Shown: piece after piece, positions 27,675-37,358 of the stretch | Layout: each line of letters begins with the position of its first letter | Position numbering within the stretch: position 1 is the first letter of the stretch | Assembly (NCBI GenBank): GCA_022729755.1 | Contig: DZAZ01000001.1 | Span: forward strand, 1,823-65,822 | DNA: 64,000 nt | Direction of reading: 5' to 3' | Source: Helicobacter cetorum | GTDB lineage: Bacteria; Campylobacterota; Campylobacteria; Campylobacterales; BB28 | Program-made: the position numbers and the translations under genes | The notes under the pieces: model-generated | Told to the model about the DNA's origin: nothing | Databases searched by the model: none | Seen by the model: the letters and a program-made list of their open reading frames with translations, nothing else

Positions 27675-28756
27675 AAAAAGAGTTAAATATTCCATTTGGT
27701 TCACAACACGTTGCACTACTTGAACCACTTAGATTTAATTTAATAACTGAAAATGAAAAAATTAAAGATGTAGAGTTTGACTTTGGTTATGTTCATCGTG
27801 GGGTTGAGAAAGCTTGTACAGAAAAATTTAAATACAAACAAGTTGGATATGTTGTAGCTAGAGTTTGTGGGCTTTGTGCGATAACTCACACAACAACTTA
27901 TACTTTGGCGATAGAGACACTTTTAGGGCTTGAGACAAATAAAAGAATAAATTATCTTAGGATGCTTGTGTTAGAGATGGATAGAATTCACTCCCATATG
28001 CTTTGTTTGGCTCACACGGGTGAGAGTGCTGGATATGAAGCTTTATTTATGAGAGTTATGAGAGATAGAGAACTTATAATGCAAGCTCAAGAAACACTAA
28101 CTGGTGGGCGAGTGCAATTTGATTATGTTAGCATTGGTGGAGTAAATCGTGATTTAACCACTGAAATTGCAATTGTTTTAAAAGAGAAATTAGCAAAATT
28201 AAAAGAGGTTATAAAAGAGATAAAAGAGTTATTTTTAGGTAATCCTATGCTTTCACTTAGATATAAAGGTATTGGAGCAATTGAGGCAAATGAAGTAAAA
28301 AAATATGCAACTGTCGGAGTTTTAGCTAGAGCTGCTGGAGTTGAGAGCGACATAAGAGCTGAAAGTAAGCGACTTCCTTATGATGAGATTGGATTTAAAA
28401 TTATTGTCGAAAATGGCGGAGATATTCATTCAAGAAATATGGTAAGACTTCGAGAGATTGAAAATTCAATTGAAATGATTGAAAATATTATCAATAATTT
28501 GCCAGAAGGTGAAATAAATTTAAAGATAAAGGGCAAACCAAACGGCGAAGCTGTTGCACATATTGAAGCCCCACGAGGTGAGCTTTTTTATTATTTAAAA
28601 GGTGATGGTGGGCAATATCTTGATAGGCTTAGAATAAAAACTCCAACCTACTCAAACATTCCAGCGATGATTGAAATTTTTAAAGGTGAAGAATACTCAA
28701 GTGTTCCTGCAATTCTTGCCTCATTTGACCCTTGTATGTCTTGTACTGCAAAATAA
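27671..28756 (+). CDS. echE: [NiFe] hydrogenase large subunit, NuoD-like (EchE-type)
   Basis: 361 aa with N-terminal RVCGLCAITH and C-terminal DPCMSCTAK Ni-Fe ligand motifs. Confidence 0.9.
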   Translation: MKKELNIPFGSQHVALLEPLRFNLITENEKIKDVEFDFGYVHRGVEKACTEKFKYKQVGYVVARVCGLCAITHTTTYTLAIETLLGLETNKRINYLRMLVLEMDRIHSHMLCLAHTGESAGYEALFMRVMRDRELIMQAQETLTGGRVQFDYVSIGGVNRDLTTEIAIVLKEKLAKLKEVIKEIKELFLGNPMLSLRYKGIGAIEANEVKKYATVGVLARAAGVESDIRAESKRLPYDEIGFKIIVENGGDIHSRNMVRLREIENSIEMIENIINNLPEGEINLKIKGKPNGEAVAHIEAPRGELFYYLKGDGGQYLDRLRIKTPTYSNIPAMIEIFKGEEYSSVPAILASFDPCMSCTAK

Positions 28757-28765
28757 GGAGAAATT

Positions 28766-29179
28766 ATGTTAAAAGCTATGATTGATGGATTTTTAAATAT
28801 TTGGAGAACTCCTGCAACTTCAACTTATCCTGCAACTCCGCTTAAGGTAGAGCCAAAATATCGAGGTTTGATAAAATACTCAAAAGAGCATTGTATTTTT
28901 TGCGATAATTGTGAAAAAGTTTGCCCACCAAAAGCGATACTTTTCACTCAAGAATTAGATGGCTCAAAAGAGTATAATTATAATCCATATTTATGTATTT
29001 ATTGTGGGGAGTGTGTGAGAGAATGCCCAAAAATACTTGAAGCTCTTTGGCAAGATGAAGAGGTTTGCAAACCAGCAATCAAAGAGGCTGAAGTTAATAG
29101 TAAATGGTTTGAACTTGAGATAAAAGCAAAAGAGACTAGAGAGGCTTATAAAGAACATAAAAAAGCTAAAAAATCTTAA
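28766..29179 (+). CDS. echF: 2x[4Fe-4S] ferredoxin subunit, NuoI-like (EchF-type)
   Basis: 137 aa with CIFCDNCEKVCP and CIYCGECVRECP. Confidence 0.85.
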   Translation: MLKAMIDGFLNIWRTPATSTYPATPLKVEPKYRGLIKYSKEHCIFCDNCEKVCPPKAILFTQELDGSKEYNYNPYLCIYCGECVRECPKILEALWQDEEVCKPAIKEAEVNSKWFELEIKAKETREAYKEHKKAKKS

Positions 29180-29224
29180 AATTTTGATATTATACATTTA
29201 CATATTGATTACTTTGGAGATTTA

Positions 29225-30817
29225 ATGGAAGAGACTGTAAAGAAGTTAACTAAAAAAGCCACAAAACACTCAAGATTAGATTTTTATAGACTTGGTGGGG
29301 CTATTTTATTTATGATAATAGTTATGGGGTACACATTTATTAAAAATGGTGGAATTCCACAAGTTACATTTTTAGCAGTTGCTGCAATGGTTGGCGGTTA
29401 TATGGCTATGAATATAGGTGCTAATGATGTTGCAAACAATGTTGGTCCAGCTGTTGGTTCAAAGGCTTTAACTTTAACTGGAGCAATAATAATCGCTGGA
29501 ATTTTTGAAGCAAGTGGTGCTTTAATCGCTGGAGGTGATGTTGTTGGTACAATTAAAAATGGAATAATTGACCCTGCTTTAATTCCTGATGTAAATGTAT
29601 TTATTTGGGTAATGTTAGCTGCACTTTTTGGTGGGGCAATATGGCTGAATTTAGCCACAGCAATTGGTGCTCCTGTTTCAACTACACACTCTATTGTTGG
29701 TGGAGTAATGGGAGCTGGAATAGCTTCTAGTGGATGGGATATAGTAATTTGGTCAAATATGGGTTCAATCGCTTCAAGTTGGGTGATTTCGCCAATTTTA
29801 GGTGGAATTATTGCTATTTTATTTTTATATATCATAAAAAAAACTATTTTTTATAAAGATAATATGTTAGAGAATGCACAAAAAGTTGTACCTATTTTAA
29901 TCTCAATTATGAGTTTTGCTTTTGTTACATATTTGACTTTAAAAGGCTTTGATAAACTCCTTAAAATGAGTTTTACTTCAGCTTTAGGTATAGGAGTAAT
30001 GTTTGGAGTATTAACTTATTTAATAATAAAACCTTTAATTTATAAAGCTTCGATGAAAATGGCAAATGCAAGAAGTGATATAAATTCTCTCTTTACAATT
30101 CCTTTAATTTTTGCTGCTGCTTTACTTAGTTTTGCTCACGGAGCAAACGATGTTGCAAATGCAATTGGACCATTAGCTGGAATTTATGATGCAATAATGA
30201 CGGGTGAAATATCTCAAAAAGCCCCTATTCCTATGTGGGTAATGCTTGTTGGTGCGATTGGAATTTCACTAGGACTTGCAATGTATGGACCAAAGCTTAT
30301 TAAAACGGTTGGAGATGAAATTACTGAACTTGACCAAGCAAGAGCGTGGGCGGTTGCGATGTCTTCGGCTATTGTTGTAATTATTGCTTCGTGGTTAGGG
30401 CTTCCTGTTAGTTCTACTCACATTGCAATTGGTAGTATTTTTGGAGTTGGATTTTTAAGAATTTACATTCACAAACAGTATGAAGATAAAATAGCAGGAA
30501 TTAAACAAGCCCATATTTTAGCATTAAATGAGAAAATTTTAGAATTTCAAACTCAATTAAACACAACAAGTGATGAGGTTGAAAGAGTAGAATTAATACA
30601 ATTAATTGACGAGAAAAAAAGCGAATTGAAAGATGCTGAAAACGGAAAAATAGAATTTAGCAATAAAGAGAAAAAAGAGTTGCATAAAATTGGTAAAAAA
30701 GAGCATATTAAAAAAGAGATGATGATGAAAATCATTGCTGCTTGGTTAATTACAGTTCCAGTTTCAGGTCTTATTGCGGCTATTTTATACTTTACAATTA
30801 GAGGAATTATGCTTTAA
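29225..30817 (+). CDS. pit: Inorganic phosphate transporter, PiT family
   Basis: 530 aa with duplicated GANDVAN motifs (GANDVANNVGP and GANDVANAIGP) and a large charged cytoplasmic loop near the C-terminus. Confidence 0.88.
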   Translation: MEETVKKLTKKATKHSRLDFYRLGGAILFMIIVMGYTFIKNGGIPQVTFLAVAAMVGGYMAMNIGANDVANNVGPAVGSKALTLTGAIIIAGIFEASGALIAGGDVVGTIKNGIIDPALIPDVNVFIWVMLAALFGGAIWLNLATAIGAPVSTTHSIVGGVMGAGIASSGWDIVIWSNMGSIASSWVISPILGGIIAILFLYIIKKTIFYKDNMLENAQKVVPILISIMSFAFVTYLTLKGFDKLLKMSFTSALGIGVMFGVLTYLIIKPLIYKASMKMANARSDINSLFTIPLIFAAALLSFAHGANDVANAIGPLAGIYDAIMTGEISQKAPIPMWVMLVGAIGISLGLAMYGPKLIKTVGDEITELDQARAWAVAMSSAIVVIIASWLGLPVSSTHIAIGSIFGVGFLRIYIHKQYEDKIAGIKQAHILALNEKILEFQTQLNTTSDEVERVELIQLIDEKKSELKDAENGKIEFSNKEKKELHKIGKKEHIKKEMMMKIIAAWLITVPVSGLIAAILYFTIRGIML

Positions 30818-30849
30818 ATTTCTCTTTTTTCATATTTTCTTCATTTTTA

Positions 30850-30879
30850 TTGACAAATCATTATGTTTTTAAATATACT
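30850..30879 (+). promoter_or_regulatory. Near-consensus sigma70-type promoter for modE (TTGACA-18-TATACT)
   Basis: ttgaca at 30850-30855 and tatact at 30874-30879. This argues for the ATG at 30911 rather than the ORF-track start at 30863. Confidence 0.5.
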
Positions 30880-30910
30880 ACCATTATCTTTTGCAAAAGA
30901 GGATTTATCT

Positions 30911-31696
30911 ATGGATTTAGATTTAGAGTTAAAACTAGTTTCACAAAATAAAAGCTTTTATTTAGAAAAATTTATATCATTACTTAAAGCAATCAAAAAA
31001 ACGGGTTCTATTTTACAAGCAACTCAATTGGCTGAAATTAGTTATAAAAATGGTTGGGATATTTTAAATATTATGAATAACCAATTTTCAAATAAAATTT
31101 TTATAACTGAAACAGGTGGTAAAAACGGCGGTGGTACAAAACTTACACCTTTTGGTGAAAAAGTGTTGATATTTTATGAAGAGTTCTTGCGAGAAAGGGA
31201 GTTTTTTATAAATTTAATGTCTAAAAAACTTGATTTAAATAGTGATGAACTATATTTTATACAAAGGAGATTTAGTATGCTTTTAAGTGCTAGAAACCAA
31301 TTACACGGACAAATATCTGAAATAAGAGTTGGTGCAGTTAATGTTGAAGTTATTGTAAAGTTAAAAAGTGGTGATTTAATTCACGCAACTATTACAAAAG
31401 ATGCAAAAGAAGAGATGTCTCTTAGTGTTGGTCAAAATGCGGTAGCTATTTTTAAAGCTTCAAGTGTATTAATTTCAGATGATTTTAATATAAAAATTAG
31501 TGCTAGAAATAAACTAGCAGGAACTATCTCTAAAATAGAGGTTGGTGCAGTGAATGTTGAAGTTGTGATTGATGTAAATGATGAAGTTAAAATCTTTGCA
31601 ATTATCACGAAAGAGGCAAAAGATGAGTTAAAATTAGAGGTTGGTAAAAAAGTTTTAGCAATCATTAAAACAAATAATTTAATGATTGGAGTTTAA
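30911..31696 (+). CDS. modE: ModE-like molybdate-responsive regulator (HTH plus two Mop/TOBE domains)
   Basis: Tandem Mop repeats LSARNQLHGQISEIRVGAVNVEV and ISARNKLAGTISKIEVGAVNVEV, located upstream of modABC. Confidence 0.8.
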   Translation: MDLDLELKLVSQNKSFYLEKFISLLKAIKKTGSILQATQLAEISYKNGWDILNIMNNQFSNKIFITETGGKNGGGTKLTPFGEKVLIFYEEFLREREFFINLMSKKLDLNSDELYFIQRRFSMLLSARNQLHGQISEIRVGAVNVEVIVKLKSGDLIHATITKDAKEEMSLSVGQNAVAIFKASSVLISDDFNIKISARNKLAGTISKIEVGAVNVEVVIDVNDEVKIFAIITKEAKDELKLEVGKKVLAIIKTNNLMIGV

Positions 31697-31698
31697 AA

Positions 31699-32448
31699 AT
31701 GATAAAAGTTTTATTTAGCTTAATTTTTCCCCTCTTTTTATTTGCTGGTGAAATCAAAGTTGCTGCGGCCGCAGACTTAATTTATGCTTTTGAAGAGATT
31801 AAAAAAGTGTATGAAGAGAAACATAAAGATGATAAATTAAAAATTTCACTTGGTTCAAGTGGTAAAGCTACAACCCAAATTATAAATGGTGCACCATATG
31901 ACATATTTTTTTCAGCTGATATGAAATATGTACAACAATTAAAAGATGAGGGGTTTGTAGTAAGTGAGCCAAAACCTTATGCTTATGGAAGAGTTGGACT
32001 TTTTGTATTAAAAGATAAAAAATTTGACATCAGCAAAGGAATTGAACTTTTAAAAGATAAAAATATTAAAAAAATAGCAATCGCCGACCCAGCTCACGCA
32101 CCTTATGGAGTTGCCGCAAAAAACTCTTTAATAAGTCAAAAATATTATGACTTAGTGAAAGATAAATTAGTTTTAGGTGAAAATGTTTCTCAAGCAGCTC
32201 AATTTATAACAAGTGGTGCAGCTGATATTGGCATAATTCCAATTTCATTAGCATTAAGTGAAACTCTAAAAAAATTGGGTGAATTTTATCTATTCCCAAA
32301 AGAGTGGCACAATGAAATTCTCCAAGGTTATGGAGTCACAAAAAATGGTGCAAATAATAAAAGTGTAAAAAAATTTGAAGAGTTTATAAGCTCAAAAGAG
32401 GCTAGAGTTATCTTTGAAAAATATGGATTTAGCTTACCAAATGAGTAA
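31699..32448 (+). CDS. modA: Molybdate ABC transporter substrate-binding protein
   Basis: 249 aa with a signal peptide, SLGSSGKATTQIINGAPYDIFFSAD and ADPAHAPYG. Confidence 0.9.
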   Translation: MIKVLFSLIFPLFLFAGEIKVAAAADLIYAFEEIKKVYEEKHKDDKLKISLGSSGKATTQIINGAPYDIFFSADMKYVQQLKDEGFVVSEPKPYAYGRVGLFVLKDKKFDISKGIELLKDKNIKKIAIADPAHAPYGVAAKNSLISQKYYDLVKDKLVLGENVSQAAQFITSGAADIGIIPISLALSETLKKLGEFYLFPKEWHNEILQGYGVTKNGANNKSVKKFEEFISSKEARVIFEKYGFSLPNE

Positions 32449-32456
32449 AAATTAAT

Positions 32457-33149
32457 ATGTTTGATGTGATGTTTGATAGTGGCTTTTGGATACCATTTGA
32501 ATTAACTCTAAAATTAGCAACTATCACTACAATTTTTCTTTTTATAATAGGCATTCCAATAGCCTATTATATAGCTTTTAGTAAAAGCCGTTTTATATCT
32601 ATTTTTGAAGCCATAATTGCTATGCCTTTAGTATTACCTCCTTCAGTTTTAGGTTTTTATTTTTTATTAATGTTTAGCAATAGTGGCTTTTTAGGAAGTT
32701 TTTGGAATGACATTTTTGGGCATCAATTAGCATTTCATTTCGATGGACTTGTGATTGGCTCAATCATTTTTAGTTTGCCTTTTATGGTTCATCCACTTAC
32801 AAATGGCTTTAAATCTATAAATAAAAATCAAATTGAAGCCTCTTACACAATGGGTAAAAGTAAATTTATAACTCTAATAAAGATTATTTTACCATCGATG
32901 AAACCATCATTAATTACAGGTGGAGTTATCTCTTTTGCTCATACTGTCGGAGAATTTGGAGTAGTTTTGATGATTGGTGGAAATATTGATGGTGAGACAA
33001 AAGTGGCTAGTATTGCAATATATAATGAAGTAGAAGCCCTAAATTACACGACTGCTCACTCTTACTCTTTGATTTTATTTGCATTTTCGTTTTTGGTGCT
33101 TTGGCTTGTATATTTTAAAGTTTCAAAAGATAAAAAAGGTCTATTTTAA
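32457..33149 (+). CDS. modB: Molybdate ABC transporter permease
   Basis: 230 aa with an EAA-type loop (IEASYTMGKSKFITLIKIILPSMKP). Confidence 0.88.
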   Translation: MFDVMFDSGFWIPFELTLKLATITTIFLFIIGIPIAYYIAFSKSRFISIFEAIIAMPLVLPPSVLGFYFLLMFSNSGFLGSFWNDIFGHQLAFHFDGLVIGSIIFSLPFMVHPLTNGFKSINKNQIEASYTMGKSKFITLIKIILPSMKPSLITGGVISFAHTVGEFGVVLMIGGNIDGETKVASIAIYNEVEALNYTTAHSYSLILFAFSFLVLWLVYFKVSKDKKGLF

Positions 33150-34021
33150 TGATAAAAATTGATATAAAAAAGAGACTTTTAGGAGCATTTGGAGCTATTG
33201 AATTTGAATTAAATCACACTTTTAATCATAGCGATTTTTGGGCTGTTTTTGGAGAGAGTGGAGTTGGTAAAACTACACTTTTGAGAATAATTGCTGGACT
33301 TGAAGAGGCTGATAGTGGGATAATTGAAGTTGAGGGAAAAATTTGGTTTGATAGCGAAAAAAAAATAAATTTATCACCTCAAAAAAGAGAAGTTGGGTTT
33401 GTATTTCAAGATTATGCTTTATTTGAAAATATGAGTGTGATTGAAAATATTTTATATGCTCAAAAAATAGAAAATGAAACTAAAGCCAAAGAAATTTTGC
33501 AAAAAATGAGATTAAGTGATTTGGCAAACCGAAAACCAAGCTCACTTTCAGGCGGTCAAAAACAAAGAGTTGCATTAGCTAGAGCAATTGCACAAGAGCC
33601 GAAAATATTGCTTTTAGATGAGCCACTTTCAGCACTTGATTATATAACAAGGTCAGCTTTACAAGATGAGTTAAAAACTGTACATAATATGTTTAAATTG
33701 ACAACTTTGCTTGTTTCTCACGATAGAAGTGAAGTTTTTAAATTGAGTGATTTTGTTTTGTGGATAAAAAATGGAAAAGTTTTTAATTTTGGTAAAGTTA
33801 AAGATGTTTTTTTGCCTAAAAATATATCAAATGAATTTTCACTTTTAGGTGAAATTATAAGCATTGAAGAGCGAGAGAATTTTAAAATTGCTATAATTGT
33901 AGTTGGACAAAATATTATTGAAGTTAAATTAAATGAAGATGAAGCAAAAAATTATAAAATAACTGGGGAAGTTATGATTGTTTTAAAGGAATTTAATCCA
34001 ACGATATCGCCAATTTCTTAA
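33149..34021 (+). CDS. modC: Molybdate ABC transporter ATP-binding protein
   Basis: Contains GESGVGKTT, LSGGQKQRVALARA and LLLDEPLSALD. Its 3' end overlaps the convergent bioD by 29 nt. Confidence 0.88.
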   Translation: MIKIDIKKRLLGAFGAIEFELNHTFNHSDFWAVFGESGVGKTTLLRIIAGLEEADSGIIEVEGKIWFDSEKKINLSPQKREVGFVFQDYALFENMSVIENILYAQKIENETKAKEILQKMRLSDLANRKPSSLSGGQKQRVALARAIAQEPKILLLDEPLSALDYITRSALQDELKTVHNMFKLTTLLVSHDRSEVFKLSDFVLWIKNGKVFNFGKVKDVFLPKNISNEFSLLGEIISIEERENFKIAIIVVGQNIIEVKLNEDEAKNYKITGEVMIVLKEFNPTISPIS

Positions 34022-34634
34022 TATCTTCACTCAAAATAAAAACCTCATCAAAACAGTCTTTATAAAATGGATATGTAATTTCATAAAAACTTTCCTTATC
34101 TTCATATAAATTTATACACCATTTAAAGTTTATATTTTTACTTTTCAGTGCATTAATCGAAAGGAGTGTATCGTTAATTGAGCCTAATTTTGATGGAGTT
34201 ACCAAAAGAGTTTTATCAATTTCAAGAAAATTTATCAAATCTAACATAAAAAAATCTTTTTTAATAGGAACCATCAAACCTCCAGCCCCTTCGATTAATA
34301 AAATATCGCAACTAGACTCAAATCTTTTTAAATGATTTTTTAACATAGGTAAATCTATCTGCACATTTTCACTTTTACTTGCAACATATGGTGAAGCTGG
34401 AAGTTTAAACTGATATGGCACAACTTCACAAATTCCATAAATAAACTCTTCATTGTATTTATAAACCTCCTCTAAAAGTAAACTTCCGTCTAATGGAATA
34501 TCATTTACTCCAGTTTCAATTGGCTTAAACACTCCAACTCGAAAGCCTCTTTGAGATAAACTCTCAATTAAAAGTTTACTTACATAAGTTTTGCCAACAT
34601 TTGTATTTGTTGCAGTTATAAAAATTTTTTTCAA
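33993..34634 (-). CDS. bioD: Dethiobiotin synthase
   Basis: 213 aa with FITATNTNVGKTYVS and FKPIETG. Confidence 0.88.
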   Translation of the reverse strand: MKKIFITATNTNVGKTYVSKLLIESLSQRGFRVGVFKPIETGVNDIPLDGSLLLEEVYKYNEEFIYGICEVVPYQFKLPASPYVASKSENVQIDLPMLKNHLKRFESSCDILLIEGAGGLMVPIKKDFFMLDLINFLEIDKTLLVTPSKLGSINDTLLSINALKSKNINFKWCINLYEDKESFYEITYPFYKDCFDEVFILSEDIKKLAISLD

Positions 34635-34645
34635 AGATTTTTCCT

Positions 34646-36301
34646 TTACTCTTGCGAATCTATTTGTTCAGGTTTTAACTCCTCTTTTGCATACTCTAAA
34701 TGAAGTTTATTATCATAGAAAAACTTAACTAAATCAGGGTCAAGTTCAGAATCTTTAATCATAAAGCCAATTATTTTTTTAACTTCAGTAAGTGTTTTTG
34801 CATCTTTATATGGTCGGTCAGGTGCAGTTAATGCTTCAAAAATATCTGCTAGTGCTAAAATTCTTGATTCAAGACTTAAATCTTGCGCACTAAGTCCTCT
34901 AGGATAACCTTTTCCATTTAATTTTTCGTGGTGATTTCCAGCAATTTCTGGTACATTTTTAAGTTTTTTAGGGAATGGTAATTGATTTAGCATCTTTAAA
35001 GTCATAGTTGCATGATTTTGAATTATATCCCGCTCTTTATCGGTTAGTGTACCTTTTCTAATTGATAAATTTTCAACTTCATTTTCGCTTAAAAGATTTG
35101 TCTCTTCATTTGCTATTTTAATCTTTTCTTGTGCAATCTCCTTAACTCTTGTAATTTTTGCATCAGCCATAAATTCGCCACCAATATTACACACTCTAAT
35201 AAATTCAAAGTCATCTTCAAGCTTTTTAATTTGCTCATTAAAAGCTTCTTCAAGCCCATTAATATGCTCTAGCTCATTCTTTTCCATAGCTTTCATTCTT
35301 ACTCTTAAATACTCTATTTCAACATCTCGTTTTAATATTTCAAATTTAGATTTAATAACATTTATTCGGTCACAAATTGTCTCAAGTTTTGTAGATTTAT
35401 CCATCACATATTCAGGAGTTGTAATTTTTCCCATATCGTGCATCCAAGCAGCGATATTAATCTCTCTTAATTGTTCGCTATTATATTTAATATCTTTGAA
35501 CATTCCCTCGTTATCTTTATTTATCGCATCAGCTACCATTAGTGCAATTTTTGCAACTCGTCTGATATGACCGCCAGTATAAGGCGATTTTTCATCGATT
35601 GCCGAAGCGATTGTTTTGATAACTGCATTTAAAAACTCTTCTAAATCTTTTACTAATTTTGTATTAGTAATCGCAACAGCAGCTTGAGAAGCGAGTGAGA
35701 GAGTTAAATCTCTATCTTCTTTTGAGAATTCAATTGTTTTTCCACTTTTATCAAGTCGGTTAATAAGTTGCAAAACTCCTATATTTTCGCCCTCATAATT
35801 TCGCATCGGAATAACAAGCATTGATTTTGAGCGATAACCAGTTCCTGTATCAAACTTTTTAGTTCCTTCAAAGTTAAAACCTTTGACATAATAAACATCT
35901 TCAATATTAATAACTTCGCCAGTTAATGCACAATAAGTTGCAACCATTTGAGAGTTTTGAGTGCCATCATCATTATAAAGTTTTAATGGAGGCCAAGTAA
36001 TCTCTCCTCCTGTTCCACCCATTTTAATTCCTAATGAATTTGTTTCAACAACTTTAAAATATAAATGTTTTGCATCATCTGATTTAAGATAAAGTGTTCC
36101 ACCATCAGAATTTGTGAATTTTTTTGCTTGATGAAGTATCATATCAAGTAGTTTATTCAAATCATTTTCAGCCGAAAGTGCAATCCCAATTTCATTTAAT
36201 GTTTTAATGTGGTCAAATTGCTTTTCTGTGAAGTTTTTAACTTCAGAAAGCACAGTATTTAAAAGTTGATTTATATCTTTATTATCCGTAAATTGTATCA
36301 T
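34646..36301 (-). CDS. GAF-domain HD-GYP phosphohydrolase (putative c-di-GMP phosphodiesterase)
   Basis: 551 aa with a GAF-like N-terminal half, then GGHIRRVA, HDMGKITTP and HHEKLNGKGYPRG. Confidence 0.85.
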   Translation of the reverse strand: MIQFTDNKDINQLLNTVLSEVKNFTEKQFDHIKTLNEIGIALSAENDLNKLLDMILHQAKKFTNSDGGTLYLKSDDAKHLYFKVVETNSLGIKMGGTGGEITWPPLKLYNDDGTQNSQMVATYCALTGEVINIEDVYYVKGFNFEGTKKFDTGTGYRSKSMLVIPMRNYEGENIGVLQLINRLDKSGKTIEFSKEDRDLTLSLASQAAVAITNTKLVKDLEEFLNAVIKTIASAIDEKSPYTGGHIRRVAKIALMVADAINKDNEGMFKDIKYNSEQLREINIAAWMHDMGKITTPEYVMDKSTKLETICDRINVIKSKFEILKRDVEIEYLRVRMKAMEKNELEHINGLEEAFNEQIKKLEDDFEFIRVCNIGGEFMADAKITRVKEIAQEKIKIANEETNLLSENEVENLSIRKGTLTDKERDIIQNHATMTLKMLNQLPFPKKLKNVPEIAGNHHEKLNGKGYPRGLSAQDLSLESRILALADIFEALTAPDRPYKDAKTLTEVKKIIGFMIKDSELDPDLVKFFYDNKLHLEYAKEELKPEQIDSQE

Positions 36302-36313
36302 TTACAATCCCCT

Positions 36314-37084
36314 TTAGAGTACGATTATCTCTTCTTGTAATTCTATTTTAAAATTCTCATACACTCTTTTTTTTGCTAAATTTATTAACTCTTGTGCATC
36401 TTCAAATGTGGCACTTCCTAAATTAATTAAAAAATTTGCATGAACTTGACTGAAACAAGCTTCGCCTATTTTATACCCTTTTAACTTTACCTCTTCCAAA
36501 AGTCTACCCGCAAAATCGTTTTTTGGATTTTTAAAGCAACTTCCCGCACTTGGTTCTTTTGGTTGATTTAGCCTAAAATTTAAAAGTGTTTTTAAGAGTT
36601 CATTTGAAAATCCATATTCAACTTTGAATATAACTTCATAAATAATATCATTTATATTTGTAAATCTATAATCATAAATCACATCTTCTTTATTAATATA
36701 TCCATTTTTTGTCTTAATTGCTATTAAATTATTAAAAATCTCATAACTCTTAACACCTGCATTCATTTTTACAATACCTCCGATACTACCAGGTAGTTTT
36801 AATAAAAATTCAAAATTTGCAATATTATTTTTTTTACAAAACGATAATAACTTTCCACTACTAACACTTGCACCAACATATAGTAAATTATTTTTTAGTT
36901 TAATATAATCAAACTCTTTTGAAAGTATTGCTAATTTTTTTGGCTTAGGAGAAATAAGCAAATTATTCGCTTCTCCAACTATTTTATATTCATCGTAATT
37001 ATCAATTTCTTTAATCATCAAAACATCAAAAGTTGAGCCTATTTTAATACTTGAATATTTAGAAAAATCAATTTGCCTAATCAA
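36314..37084 (-). CDS. murB: UDP-N-acetylenolpyruvoylglucosamine reductase
   Basis: Contains IDFSKYSSIKIG and PSAGSCFKNP. The ORF is open to 37150, but the TTG at 37084 overlaps the fliQ stop (TTGA) and gives the usual ~256-aa length. Confidence 0.85.
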   Translation of the reverse strand: MIRQIDFSKYSSIKIGSTFDVLMIKEIDNYDEYKIVGEANNLLISPKPKKLAILSKEFDYIKLKNNLLYVGASVSSGKLLSFCKKNNIANFEFLLKLPGSIGGIVKMNAGVKSYEIFNNLIAIKTKNGYINKEDVIYDYRFTNINDIIYEVIFKVEYGFSNELLKTLLNFRLNQPKEPSAGSCFKNPKNDFAGRLLEEVKLKGYKIGEACFSQVHANFLINLGSATFEDAQELINLAKKRVYENFKIELQEEIIVL

Positions 37085-37350
37085 AACATAAACTCTGGTA
37101 TCATATTTATTAACCTTGTGGTAAATTCTATCATTAAATTCATCATCCAAGGCATAGTTAAAATAATCACAATAACTACTATTATAATTTTAGGAATAAA
37201 ACTTAATGTCATTTCATTTATTTGAGTTGTGGCTTGAAAAATACTAACCGCTAAACCTGCAATTAATCCTGCAATAAGTGTAGGAAGTGCCAAATAAAGG
37301 GCTATTTTAAATGTCTCAACTCCTAAAGCTATAAGCTTTGCCTCTTCCAA
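37081..37350 (-). CDS. fliQ: Flagellar type III export protein FliQ
   Basis: 89 aa with two TM helices and LPTLIAGLIAGLAVSIFQATTQINEMTLSFIPK. Confidence 0.92.
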   Translation of the reverse strand: MEEAKLIALGVETFKIALYLALPTLIAGLIAGLAVSIFQATTQINEMTLSFIPKIIIVVIVIILTMPWMMNLMIEFTTRLINMIPEFMF

Positions 37351-37358
37351 AATTACTC

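Noticed and set aside
30818-31698. I looked for a Moco riboswitch or other riboswitch upstream of modA/modE, upstream of the molybdoenzyme cluster (48827-49105), and for a NiCo riboswitch near ech.
   Set aside because: I could not recognise any conserved riboswitch core by eye, and the spacers are plain AT-rich sequence. A covariance-model scan with Rfam/Infernal would be needed to exclude them.
33993-34021. The modC and bioD 3' ends overlap convergently by 29 nt, the cytochrome c start overlaps the bioA stop (ATGA, 7233-7236), and the response regulator and yidD 3' ends overlap by 11 nt.
   Set aside because: These overlaps are real in the sequence, but they are ordinary gene packing in a compact genome. 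There is no further evidence of regulatory significance.
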